From UHGV virus genome UHGV-1981267: a DNA stretch of 31,152 nucleotides; one strand, given 5' to 3'. The notes beneath the pieces were generated by a model, which ran no database searches, was not told where the DNA came from, and worked only from the letters and a program-made list of their open reading frames with translations. This document shows positions 10,435 to 19,601 of the stretch, piece by piece (positions within the stretch are counted from its first letter, which is position 1; every line of letters begins with the position of its first letter). The stretch is from a virus. The position numbers were made by a program, and so were the translations under genes.

Positions 10435-10604
10435 GCTGATTTTCAGAACAAAGTCAAGGAACAAATTTTAACGTTCCGATATTGTGTTTTTATTTATTAT
10501 CCGTTATTGTGTTCTGTTAGTTTGTGCCTAAGTTAACGCGTTATTAGTTATATTATTCTCAAATTGTGTTACGATAATCCGAGCGGATAATCAGGAGAGG
10601 AAAG

Positions 10605-12512
10605 ATGAGCAAAGTAAAAATCGGTGAATTAATAAACTCACTTGTTAGCGATGTTGAGTCAATAGATAACTCTGACCGTCCTCAAGGGGAGAAAACAAAA
10701 AAAATAAAGGCTGTTGCATTAAAATTTAAAAATGCATTATTTAATGACAAGCGAAAGTTTAGGGGGAAAGGATTAGAAAAAAGAATTACAGCCAACACAT
10801 TCAATGCCTATATGAGCAGGGCCAGAAAACGGTTTGATGATAAACTTCATCATAGCTTTGAAAAAAATATACATCGCCTATCTGAAAAGTATCCTTTATA
10901 TAATGAGGAGCTATTGTCATGGCTTTCTCTACCTGCTGCCGATATTCGCCAGAGAATGTCAGCTTTACAGGCAAAATTAAAATTAATTCTCCCTCTATCA
11001 GAAGATTTATCTAATATCAGAATTGGCGATAACAAAAGTCATAACAAGTTATTGAAATTATCAAATAAATATAAAGAGTGGCAATTCGCCATTTCTGATT
11101 TAACTAGCGATAACTGGAAAGATAAGCGCGATTATTTATATAAATTACTACAGCAAGGATCTGCCTTACTTGAGGAGTTGAATCAGCTAAAAGTTAACCA
11201 TGAGATTCTCTATCATCTTCAACTAAGCCCTGCCGAACGTGCATCTATCCAGCAACGATGGGCGGACGTTCTGCACAATAAAAAACGTAACGTGGTGGTC
11301 ATTGATTACCCTAAATATATGCAAGCTATTTACGATATTATAAATAGCCCTGCTACATTAAATAATCTAAACACTCGTTCAGGTATGGCTCCTTTGGCAT
11401 TTGCACTTGCTGCATTGTCAGGAAGACGAATGATTGAGATTATGTATCAAGGTACATTTACTGTTTCTGGTAAGTATACCGTTGATTTTTTAGGCCAAGC
11501 TAAAAAAAGAACTTCTGATGATATAACCAGAAAAATATATACATTATGCGAAGCAAAAACATTTGTTTATTTAATAAATGTACTTCGCTCATGCCCAGCA
11601 GCATCTGATTTTGATGATGTCGTTAAAGGTTATGGAGATAACGACACACGCTCTGAAAACGGACGTATTAATGCCATATTAGCAAAGGCTTTTAACCCGT
11701 GGGTTAAATCATTTTTCAAAGATGACCGCCGTGTTTATAAAGATAGTCGTGCTATTTATGCCCGTATTGCGTATGAAATGTTTTTCCGCGTAGATCCTCG
11801 TTGGAAAAACGTAGATGAAGATGTTTTCTTTATGGAAATTTTAGGCCATGACGATGAAAACACTCAATTACACTATAAGCAATTCAAGCTGGCCAACTTC
11901 TCAAAGACATGGAGGCCAAATACTGGAAACGAAAATACCAGGCTGGAAGCATTGCAGCAGCTTGATGACGAAATGCCTGGATTCGCCAGAGGAGATGCCG
12001 GGGTTCGTCTGCATAACACAGTTAAGCAGCTGGTAGAGCAGGACCCCTCTATAAAAATCACGAACAGCACTCTAAGAGCGTTCAAATTTAGCCCAACAAT
12101 GATTAGTCGATACCTAGAATTTGCTGCTGATGCTCTGGGGCAATTTGTTGGCGAAAACGGACAATGGCAACTGAAAATAGATACTCCAGAAATCGTTATG
12201 CCTGACGAAGAAGAACTGGAAGCAATACCTGAACTGGCGGATGAATTATCAGAGGATGACGATCTGGATGACGACGAAATTGAGATAGAGGAAGAGGAGG
12301 AGGAAGAGGAAGAGGAAGAGAGCGTAGAAGAACAGCAACCGCCTGCACCTTCTTCGCCTGTATCTAAGCCGGTATTTAAGCCGGTGAGAAATATTGGTGA
12401 TGGCTCATACGTTGTTGAGTTTCATTATAATGGCCAGAATTATGCGTGGTCCGGCAGTGCAAACAGCCCCATGTCAGCAATGCAGTTAGCATGGCTGACA
12501 TATTTCGGTTAA
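10605..12512 (+). CDS. telN: Protelomerase (TelN-like telomere resolvase)
   Basis: 635 aa. N-terminus MSKVKIGELIN... matches recalled N15 TelN. Strong SD AGGAGAGG. Adjacent to the tel site. C-terminus carries an acidic poly-Glu tract. Confidence 0.9.
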   Translation: MSKVKIGELINSLVSDVESIDNSDRPQGEKTKKIKAVALKFKNALFNDKRKFRGKGLEKRITANTFNAYMSRARKRFDDKLHHSFEKNIHRLSEKYPLYNEELLSWLSLPAADIRQRMSALQAKLKLILPLSEDLSNIRIGDNKSHNKLLKLSNKYKEWQFAISDLTSDNWKDKRDYLYKLLQQGSALLEELNQLKVNHEILYHLQLSPAERASIQQRWADVLHNKKRNVVVIDYPKYMQAIYDIINSPATLNNLNTRSGMAPLAFALAALSGRRMIEIMYQGTFTVSGKYTVDFLGQAKKRTSDDITRKIYTLCEAKTFVYLINVLRSCPAASDFDDVVKGYGDNDTRSENGRINAILAKAFNPWVKSFFKDDRRVYKDSRAIYARIAYEMFFRVDPRWKNVDEDVFFMEILGHDDENTQLHYKQFKLANFSKTWRPNTGNENTRLEALQQLDDEMPGFARGDAGVRLHNTVKQLVEQDPSIKITNSTLRAFKFSPTMISRYLEFAADALGQFVGENGQWQLKIDTPEIVMPDEEELEAIPELADELSEDDDLDDDEIEIEEEEEEEEEEESVEEQQPPAPSSPVSKPVFKPVRNIGDGSYVVEFHYNGQNYAWSGSANSPMSAMQLAWLTYFG

Positions 12513-12523
12513 ATCATACAGTA

Positions 12524-12553
12524 AAGGCACCGAATTAACGGTGCCTTGTTGTG
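12524..12553 (+). terminator. Possible terminator after telN
   Basis: Stem AAGGCACC / GGTGCCTT with 8-nt loop, followed by GTTGTGTG (weak U-tract). Confidence 0.4.
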
Positions 12554-12683
12554 TGACCTACCTCGCCTGCCCCCTGCAAAGGGCAGAAGTAACGGAGGAA
12601 ACGCGGCTGCAACCACAGACATCACCGCCCCGACTGCGAGGCTTCCCTTCTCTAAGAAGGGCATAAATTCGGGCTGGTCAACC

Positions 12684-13457
12684 CTATTTATTGGTGATTT
12701 CTGCTGGCTTTAGCTGCGCGGATAACTGTTCAAGTTTTTGAACTGCCAGTTCAAAATGCGCGGGTAACGCCTTTTCCAGATCAGAGTTAATATCGGTGAT
12801 GGGTAAATCACCACACGACATACTCCGCCTACCCCCACGAACAACATCACGCAACAACTCTCGTTCATACGTGCGCATGTTCCCCAATGCCGACTCAGCA
12901 GCCGTCAAAATCCGGCGCAGTTCTGCCGTAATTGCTGGCAAATCATCAACCGTTATGGGGTTCGGGGATGGATTACGACACGCCCGACGCAAAGCTAACC
13001 ATACACCGCTAATCCAGGCATTTCGGTACTGAAAACTTTGTGCTATATCGTTAATCAGCCCTCGCAGATACTCTTTCTGCCTCCAGTTCAACGGCTCCGC
13101 TGCTCGCATTGGCTCAGGCTCGATGTAAACGTACTCTCCATTTTTGCGAATAGAGGGCAAGACTTCGTTCGTTACCCATTTGCGAAACCGCCAAGCTGTT
13201 GTGCCTTGCTTCACCGCGTCACGGCAGCGGAGAATGAGCGTGTAAAGACCTGATTCACTGATGATATTGGCTTGACCTTGACGGCCTATGTTAAACATAG
13301 ATCGCTCATCTTCATCTAATCGAGCGATAGCTTGTGTGACATTCTGGATGCTTAAAGCATTGCAAATATCATTCGCCACAAACCACGGATCGCCGTTAAT
13401 CATCACTACACGTACCTGATGCTCTTCCTGAAAGGAAAAGACTGCTAACGCGCTCAT
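12684..13457 (-). CDS. Antirepressor (Bro-N / AntA-like N-terminal domain)
   Basis: 257 aa. N-terminal FSFQ...VRVVMINGDPWFVANDICNAL is a typical Bro-N motif. Last gene of an immA-like operon. Confidence 0.8.
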   Translation of the reverse strand: MSALAVFSFQEEHQVRVVMINGDPWFVANDICNALSIQNVTQAIARLDEDERSMFNIGRQGQANIISESGLYTLILRCRDAVKQGTTAWRFRKWVTNEVLPSIRKNGEYVYIEPEPMRAAEPLNWRQKEYLRGLINDIAQSFQYRNAWISGVWLALRRACRNPSPNPITVDDLPAITAELRRILTAAESALGNMRTYERELLRDVVRGGRRSMSCGDLPITDINSDLEKALPAHFELAVQKLEQLSAQLKPAEITNK

Positions 13458-13687
13458 TCAGCCTCCTTACCGTGCAGCAATTGCGACGAGAGCGATGCTG
13501 AATATCCCTGTGCTTCGTGTGTTAACTCACACGCAATTTGAAGGAGTTTCCCTGCTTCTGAGAGATAAATCGACGCCTCACAGCTGGAGACTGTCCGATG
13601 GGCTGATGATACGAGCGCATAGACCTGAGCCAGACGTTCATCCAACGATTCCAGCAGGCCAACAGTGTTCATTTTTACCTGATTCAT
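13454..13687 (-). CDS. Hypothetical protein of the anti-immunity operon
   Basis: 77-aa ORF. Stop overlaps the antirepressor start; start overlaps the stop of the upstream small ORF. Confidence 0.55.
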   Translation of the reverse strand: MNQVKMNTVGLLESLDERLAQVYALVSSAHRTVSSCEASIYLSEAGKLLQIACELTHEAQGYSASLSSQLLHGKEAE

Positions 13688-13848
13688 GCAGCCACCTCGC
13701 GCACCGGAATACGGGCAGACAATACCAGGACAAACCGGCTGGCGAACTGGCGACGAGCTTCCCGTTCAGATGACGCGATGGTGGAAAGATGATGGATGTG
13801 TGACTTTTTGTCTGTGCGAACGACTGCCGCAAATTTGAATTTGAACAT
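13684..13848 (-). CDS. Small ORF (54 aa), possibly Icd-like cell-division inhibitor
   Basis: Hand-translated MFKFKFAAVVRTDKKSHIHHLSTIASSEREARRQFASRFVLVLSARIPVREVAA. SD GGAGTG upstream. ATGA overlap with next gene. Below the track's length cutoff. Confidence 0.4.
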   Translation of the reverse strand: MFKFKFAAVVRTDKKSHIHHLSTIASSEREARRQFASRFVLVLSARIPVREVAA

Positions 13849-13869
13849 GGTATGCACTCCGTTTAATTG

Positions 13870-14070
13870 GTCGTGCTACCACCAGAGTTCTCACGCTCTT
13901 GAATGGTGGTAGCCCAAGCGGGGGTGAGAATACCGGCAAACGAAGAAACCGGCCTGACCGAAGTCAGCCCCGCCTGAGCCACCATAAATCGGATATGCGC
14001 AGGTATATACACACAAAAAAACACGCTGGCGCGTGTTGTGCGCTTCGTTTATCCGGGTTCTCACGCCCGG
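13870..14070 (-). ncRNA. Structured leader / candidate small regulatory RNA of the immA operon (P4 CI / N15 CA RNA-like)
   Basis: On the transcribed strand: GUGAGAAC (from 14057..14064), then UUCUCACCCC (13921..13930), then GUGAGAAC (13887..13894) inside a 10-bp stem (13875..13913). The middle element is complementary to both others. Confidence 0.4.
14012..14035 (-). terminator. Intrinsic terminator inside the immA leader
   Basis: On the minus strand: CACGC-GCCA-GCGUG hairpin followed by UUUUUUUGUGU. Confidence 0.5.
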
Positions 14071-14145
14071 CTGCGGAATTTGCCGCAGCGGAGTAACTTT
14101 ACCGTCAAAACGACGCACACGTCAATAATTTGCAAAGACATTTTA

Positions 14146-14165
14146 CCCCGTGACCAGTCACGGGG
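14146..14165. promoter_or_regulatory. 20-bp palindrome CCCCGTGAC-CA-GTCACGGGG between the upstream gene cluster and the immA promoter region
   Basis: Near-perfect inverted repeat. Could be an operator or a terminator for the gene ending at 14227. Candidate TTGACG -35 elements lie just downstream on the minus strand (about 14100..14130). Confidence 0.4.
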
Positions 14166-14226
14166 ACAGGTGTTTTTATAGTTTGCTTGAACGAGTGATC
14201 AGAAGTTGATCGTTAATCAAAGGCCA

Positions 14227-14514
14227 TTACGGATTAAGAGAGTGGAAATACCTAACTAACTTACCGGCATCATCACATTTTTCTTTATCTTCTTCCTTAA
14301 CATAGCCGCGACAGAAGGCTGAATAAAATTTCGCATTTTCAGAAGCAAAAGCAGCCGTCGAAAGGAGCAGTTCTTTGCATGATTCTTTTGATGCAGCATC
14401 GGGATTATTTTTACATGCAAGCTCCGCTGATGAGTTAATAACAGAAATGCTATCTTCCTGGGCATAAACCGCAGCAGAAAAGGCAAAACATAAAACCAAA
14501 ATAAAACTCTTCAC
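14227..14514 (-). CDS. Small secreted cysteine-containing protein, unknown function
   Basis: GTG start at 14514 preceded by AGGAG. Predicted signal peptide MKSFILVLCFAFSAAVYA. Four Cys in the mature part. Confidence 0.55.
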   Translation of the reverse strand: MKSFILVLCFAFSAAVYAQEDSISVINSSAELACKNNPDAASKESCKELLLSTAAFASENAKFYSAFCRGYVKEEDKEKCDDAGKLVRYFHSLNP

Positions 14515-14541
14515 TTTATCTCCTGTAACAGTTATCACAAC

Positions 14542-14937
14542 TCAATCAACTTTTTTAGCATCAGCCATACGCTTCAACCAGTAATCAACAATCGGCTGCT
14601 CATCCACAGAATGTTTACCAGGTATAACTCGCCAGCTATCTTGCGAAAATCTGCCGTACTTACGCGGGAATAGGCCTTTCTTTATCTCCCGCCATGTACT
14701 AGGAAAACCATCCACAAAAGTACCAATTAACAGGAGAGGGACAAAAATCAGAGCTACAAACCATCGTGCAAGAAAGTGTTCAACAACAACATTTTCACCG
14801 TTGTAGTAATACGCATACGCATCCAATATGCGAATTTTCCTTACCTTAAAAATAGCCTTATGCTGAGAACGACTTAACTTGATACGAATGTATCCCTTAT
14901 CCAAAGGGGATTCGTATTTGTATGATTGAACAGCCAT
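14542..14937 (-). CDS. Hypothetical protein with one hydrophobic segment
   Basis: Track ORF 14542..14949. ATG at 14937 lies 2 nt after the upstream gene stop (coupled). Confidence 0.45.
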   Translation of the reverse strand: MAVQSYKYESPLDKGYIRIKLSRSQHKAIFKVRKIRILDAYAYYYNGENVVVEHFLARWFVALIFVPLLLIGTFVDGFPSTWREIKKGLFPRKYGRFSQDSWRVIPGKHSVDEQPIVDYWLKRMADAKKVD

Positions 14938-14939
14938 TT

Positions 14940-15266
14940 TTAACCCCACTCACCATCAGCAAACAAAGCGTTATACTCTGACAATGGTAGATGGTTGCCC
15001 TCGATGTAGAGATTCAGTTCATACTTCGTCTCCGGGTTTTCCTTGTCGGCTCGTTCCCAACGCTCAGCAGCCTCACGCGCCAATAATTCCACTGCTTTCA
15101 GATAATCCTCCGTACGGAACCAGCCAAAGATAAGGCCACGATCTGTTACAGCCCAGGCAACCTTTTTTTCTTCCTCCTGGATAGCCTTAATGCGTCGATC
15201 GCATTCATCCCGGCAAAACTGCAGCTGACGGTAATCAAGTTTGTCCAAAAATGCAGTAGTAGACAT
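14940..15266 (-). CDS. Hypothetical protein
   Basis: 108-aa ORF, same strand and tightly packed with neighbours downstream of repA. Confidence 0.45.
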   Translation of the reverse strand: MSTTAFLDKLDYRQLQFCRDECDRRIKAIQEEEKKVAWAVTDRGLIFGWFRTEDYLKAVELLAREAAERWERADKENPETKYELNLYIEGNHLPLSEYNALFADGEWG

Positions 15267-15270
15267 ATTT

Positions 15271-15462
15271 TTACTCCCCGTTCACCGAAAAATCACGATA
15301 GAAACGTTTCCACATACGATAAGTCTGCGCGAGTTGTTCACCACGAAACATCGCCTTCCTGGCCTTCATGTTTTCCTTGTGAGACTTTCGATCTATGAAC
15401 CAAAACCATTGCTGGAACACACAAAGCAAGAGACACAAAGATAATATCCACTGATTACCCAT
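15271..15462 (-). CDS. Possible small membrane protein
   Basis: Internal Met of track ORF 15271..15579. Hydrophobic segment WILSLCLLLCVFQQWFWFI. Overlaps repA stop by a few nt. Confidence 0.3.
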   Translation of the reverse strand: MGNQWILSLCLLLCVFQQWFWFIDRKSHKENMKARKAMFRGEQLAQTYRMWKRFYRDFSVNGE

Positions 15463-18400
15463 AGAAAGCGCCCTGCTCTTCGTAGCTGCATGGGCTATTC
15501 CCGGTAATGTATTCACGTAACCGCCGCAGTTCATTGCTGGATAAGTGATCCATGAACTCTGTGAGGTACAGAGATGCAAACGTCATAGCTATGCTGGCTG
15601 ATGACCATGATGACATAGTGGCCAGCTCCTCACCGGAAAGCGCACTCATCGCCCAGGACTCAGGTACAACCACTGGCAACACAGCCAAAGCCTCAGAAAT
15701 TACTGAATGAGGGGCGTTTTGAACCTGCTCGTTTGTGGATCGCGTTTTATCATCCATATATATATTGAGATCCAAATCGCGATCCATTTCGATGGCGGTC
15801 TTCTCGGCTTTACGCGTTTTCAGGGTTAGGCCATCTTTCTGACGCTGAGCAAGAATATCCAGCATAAATGCCGCTGATTCAGGCTCAACAAAACGCAAGG
15901 TTGGACGCTTATCGCCGTCTCTGCCGCGACGTTTACCTGTTTTAAGGCCAAGAGAGTCGCAAATGTTTTTAAACAACGCTTCCGGCACTTTAGGCTTCCC
16001 TTTTGGCGTCATAAAACCACCAATGTGCAGAACGTTATTCAACAGGTCACGGCGTTCGGCTGTCATGAGGTTATCTCGAGCGAATTTGAGACGCTCCTGA
16101 GTCGCCTCGCCGGTCATAGTCTCAGGGTTGATACCGCAGTCGATAAAGTACTGCCGGAGAGTTGCTGATTTAAGCGCATAGAAACCGCGCGCCCCGACTT
16201 CAACAGTAGGAGTAGCTTTTACCTTGTAGTCGATTATTCCAAGGAATTTAGTTTTAAAGACATCATCAGCCTGCTCGCGAGTCATCGCGGTCACTACAAA
16301 ATATTGCCACTGTCCCGCCTGACGGTATGCGTAGGTAAAATTGATGGCTGCTTCTTCCCGGTCGTAACGACGAGCTGTTACCTCATCTAAAAGCATTGTT
16401 TCATAGCGGCGAATTTTGTCTCGAGCACCATCGAAATAGAATTTCAGCGTGCCTTCTTCAACCGGTAGTTTCAGTTCGTTCTCAATATCCCAGCGGACAA
16501 GTTTTGCTTGTTCTTCAAGCGTCAGCGCGCGTTTTTTTAGCAGTTCTTCACGCTCTGATTCTTGTGGAGTTTCTGTATTGAGATGCAGATCCAGTGTCTG
16601 TTCCCACACAATATCCCGCGCTTCTTTACGCAGATCTTTACCGATATCATTCGCAGCATAATCGGTGGCCAGCGGCGATACCTTATAACCGTCGCTGTGC
16701 ATGATGCAGATCATGTTGCTGGCGTAGTCGTTACGCGCAGACGCTTCAATTGCGGCTGCTTTAATTTTCATCCTGGTAAAGTCGGTATTGGCCACCCCCA
16801 TTGATATACGGTCGCCATCGAAAACGACATCCGTCAGTTCACCGTTCATGCCTGCGGTAGCAAGCAATGCCTGGGCGAATGCTCGTTCTATTTTTTGCGG
16901 GTCAGTTTCACGTTTTGCGCGAGCTTTATCAAAGCCGATAATAAATTCTTTTGCTGTACGGTCGCGGCGTAGCATTTGCACTGCGTCGCTGGGTACAACT
17001 TCACCACAGAACATGCCGAAATGACGGTCAAAATGTTTTTGCTCAATTGACACACCGGATGAAATAGACGGGCTATAAATCAGGCCGTCGTATTTTTTGA
17101 CCATCTTTTTCGGTTGATTGGTAAATGCTTCAACTTCTGGCTCTGGTTTGTTTTTCTGGTTTACACACAGAAATTTCTTACCAGGAAAATGCATTCTCAG
17201 GGTGGCGGTCACATCTTCTGCAAAGGTGGAGCTGTCGGTGGCCAACATGATTTTTTCGCCATTCGATACAGCTTTCACCACCTCGGTCATAATGCGATCT
17301 TTTTCTGTATAAAAAACCCGGATTGGCTCACCTGTTTCGCGGTTGCGAAGATCAACAGGTAATTCAATTACGTGGATCTGCAGCCATGCCGGTAAACCTA
17401 GTTCTTCACGGCGTTTCATAGCCAGTTCAGCTAGGTCAACCAGCAGATCGTTCGCATCAGCATCCACCATTATTGGGTGTTGTTCCGTTCTGGCCAGCGC
17501 GTCAATTAACGTATTGAATACAGCCACCGGGTTTTCCATAGCCCGACCGGAAAGAACGGCACGTAGCCCTTGCGTGGCCTCGTCAAAGCCAAAATAGTCG
17601 TGCTGGCGCATCAATGGTTGCCAGCAGTTTTTAACAATCGAGTTTATGCAGATGGTCAGTTTACTGGCGTATGGAGCCATTTCCTGATAGCCAGGGTCCT
17701 GATAGTGCAGGATATCGGCTTTTACACCTTTTCCTTCTGTCATCATTTCCCACAGGCCACCAATAAGGGAAACACGGTGAGCAACAGAGATACCACGTTC
17801 TGAGCTATGCATTAAAGGTCGTAACAATCCAGTAGATTTGCCGGAACCCATACCAGCACGAACGATGACTATCCCCTGTAGTGATTGCACATACTTCAGG
17901 ACGTCATCGGTCATTACCGAAGTTTCAAAACGCTTATAGGTGATATGTTGAGGACGTTTATTGGGATCAGTTATTCGTTCGCTGAATGAGCGCGGAGCCT
18001 GGGCAATACGGCACTTTTTATTCAGGCGACGGGCAATGTGGTCTTTTACCGTAGCGCGATAGATATTTTCCAGCCCAATTTCACGCAGGACGATGCAGAA
18101 CATGTTAAATAAGTCTGACGGACTGTTAGGAACCGGACAGGTTAGCATGCCAATATCCACTGCTCTCAGCAGCTCTTTGGCAAAAGTACGACGGTTATCC
18201 CGCTTAATTGTCTTCAGGCGGTTGAGCGTCAGAGATAGCAAATCAGTGCCAGTTTTCAGGCGGTTTGCAGTTGCAAACAGTTGACGTGCTGTTTCACGAA
18301 GTCCACGTAGTTTGTGCAGGTCGTTGAAGTCACTGCACTCCATTTGCGGATCGTCTTCAAAAGTTGGATAGACGCAGCGGACATCGTTGAATTTCGATAA

Positions 18401-19450
18401 GATTTCATAGCCAGTCCGCAGGCCGGTATTCCCTTTTCCTTCTGTAGCTGATTTCCGGTCATTATCCAGTGCGCAGGTGATTTTTGCCGCCGGGTACATG
18501 TTTACCAGTTGTTCCACAACATGAACCATGTTGTTAGCGGATACAGCGACAACCACAGCGTCAAAGCGTTTATCTTTTTTCGTGGCAAGCCAGATGGATG
18601 CACCAGTAGCAAAACCTTCTGTAACAGCGATGTTTTGCGCCCCTTTCAGCTCACCGATAACAAAGCAGGCACCGACGAAATCGCCGCTGGTTACGGCGCT
18701 GGTCTGGTATTTTCCACCTTGTTTGTCGATTCGCTGCCAACCAACAATACGACCATCGTAACGACCGTCCAGGTGAGCCAGAGGGATAGACATATACGTG
18801 GTTGGCCCCCTGCTCCATTTTGCGCTGTCGTGACTGGTCACGCGACGCACATCACACGAATTAAAAACGTCACGAATACCTTTTTTAATCGCATATGGCC
18901 ATGAGCCGTCTTCTGCAGGAGCATGTTCCCAAGCACTGTGGAATGCCAGCCATCCCAGCAAACGTTCATGGTCCATTTGGTTGTTTTTCAGGTCATTAAT
19001 TCGTTTTTGTTCTTCACGGCGACGACGTGCTTCGGCCTGACGTTCTATTCTTGCCCGTTCTTCTTCCGGTTGTGCGACCACGGTCGCATTATTCCGTTGT
19101 TGCTCACGGCGATATTCAGAAAACAGGAAGGAGAAACCGCTCCATGAGCCAGCATCGCTGCCTTTATGGACGAAGTTAATGAACGGGTAATCAATCCCTT
19201 TGCTGTGTTCCAGCCGGGAGTAAATTTCTACGCGTCCTTTGAGGCTCTTCTCGAGAGCTTCTGGAGATGTTTTATTGTATGAAGAGTAACGCTCAACACC
19301 CCCGCGAGGGTTGAGTTGGATGTTGTCGGAACAGGCAGACCAGTTGATACCAGCCATCTGTGCCAGCTCGGTTAGTTCATCCCGTGCTGCTTCAATTAGC
19401 GAGAACGGATCGCTGCCAAAGCGATCCGCATAGAAATCGTTTAATGTCAT
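15455..19450 (-). CDS. repA: Replication protein RepA (primase plus helicase, N15 RepA-like)
   Basis: 1331-aa ORF. Walker A GMGSGKS in the central helicase region. Size and position next to cB as in N15. Confidence 0.9.
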   Translation of the reverse strand: MTLNDFYADRFGSDPFSLIEAARDELTELAQMAGINWSACSDNIQLNPRGGVERYSSYNKTSPEALEKSLKGRVEIYSRLEHSKGIDYPFINFVHKGSDAGSWSGFSFLFSEYRREQQRNNATVVAQPEEERARIERQAEARRRREEQKRINDLKNNQMDHERLLGWLAFHSAWEHAPAEDGSWPYAIKKGIRDVFNSCDVRRVTSHDSAKWSRGPTTYMSIPLAHLDGRYDGRIVGWQRIDKQGGKYQTSAVTSGDFVGACFVIGELKGAQNIAVTEGFATGASIWLATKKDKRFDAVVVAVSANNMVHVVEQLVNMYPAAKITCALDNDRKSATEGKGNTGLRTGYEILSKFNDVRCVYPTFEDDPQMECSDFNDLHKLRGLRETARQLFATANRLKTGTDLLSLTLNRLKTIKRDNRRTFAKELLRAVDIGMLTCPVPNSPSDLFNMFCIVLREIGLENIYRATVKDHIARRLNKKCRIAQAPRSFSERITDPNKRPQHITYKRFETSVMTDDVLKYVQSLQGIVIVRAGMGSGKSTGLLRPLMHSSERGISVAHRVSLIGGLWEMMTEGKGVKADILHYQDPGYQEMAPYASKLTICINSIVKNCWQPLMRQHDYFGFDEATQGLRAVLSGRAMENPVAVFNTLIDALARTEQHPIMVDADANDLLVDLAELAMKRREELGLPAWLQIHVIELPVDLRNRETGEPIRVFYTEKDRIMTEVVKAVSNGEKIMLATDSSTFAEDVTATLRMHFPGKKFLCVNQKNKPEPEVEAFTNQPKKMVKKYDGLIYSPSISSGVSIEQKHFDRHFGMFCGEVVPSDAVQMLRRDRTAKEFIIGFDKARAKRETDPQKIERAFAQALLATAGMNGELTDVVFDGDRISMGVANTDFTRMKIKAAAIEASARNDYASNMICIMHSDGYKVSPLATDYAANDIGKDLRKEARDIVWEQTLDLHLNTETPQESEREELLKKRALTLEEQAKLVRWDIENELKLPVEEGTLKFYFDGARDKIRRYETMLLDEVTARRYDREEAAINFTYAYRQAGQWQYFVVTAMTREQADDVFKTKFLGIIDYKVKATPTVEVGARGFYALKSATLRQYFIDCGINPETMTGEATQERLKFARDNLMTAERRDLLNNVLHIGGFMTPKGKPKVPEALFKNICDSLGLKTGKRRGRDGDKRPTLRFVEPESAAFMLDILAQRQKDGLTLKTRKAEKTAIEMDRDLDLNIYMDDKTRSTNEQVQNAPHSVISEALAVLPVVVPESWAMSALSGEELATMSSWSSASIAMTFASLYLTEFMDHLSSNELRRLREYITGNSPCSYEEQGAFYG
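15736..15786. other. Candidate replication origin element inside the repA 3' region
   Basis: Inverted repeat TGGATCGCG ... CGCGATCCA flanking the AT tract CATATATATATT. Three GATC sites within about 50 bp. Confidence 0.35.
19073..19088. other. sopC-like centromere palindrome (inside repA coding sequence)
   Basis: TGCGACCACGGTCGCA: 7-bp inverted arms with 2-bp spacer. One base per arm different from the F sopC core TGGGACC-AC-GGTCCCA as recalled. Confidence 0.7.
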
Positions 19451-19504
19451 TTTTTAGCCATTCCATGCGAATTATGTTTTTTCGGGTTGAAAAAATCCGC
19501 AGGA

Positions 19505-19601
19505 GCAGCCACAATAAACGCATCTTGAATTGACGGAATCCGTCGCGTTGTTGTGGCTGCTTCCTGAAAAGGACCCGAGTTTGCCGACTCGGGTTTTTTT
19601 T
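19505..19601 (+). other. Stem-loop plus strong plus-strand intrinsic terminator in the cB-repA intergenic region
   Basis: 10-bp inverted arms GCAGCCACAA / TTGTGGCTGC (19505..19514, 19551..19560) enclosing the palindrome GACGGAATCCGTC. Then stem CCCGAGT / ACTCGGG with an 8-T run (19574..19601). Confidence 0.45.

Noticed and set aside
12550-12683. Possible tRNA or structured RNA between telN and the antirepressor gene
   Set aside because: Several short hairpins are present, but I could not fold a cloverleaf or find T-loop or anticodon features by eye. Left unannotated.
13891-14118. Track ORFs 13891..14118 (-) and 13899..14096 (+)
   Set aside because: They overlap the structured immA leader and terminator region. 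No SD; interpreted as non-coding regulatory RNA.
16396-19147. Multiple plus-strand ORFs of 61-131 aa inside repA
   Set aside because: All are antisense to the long repA frame, which has the Walker A helicase motif. No independent support.
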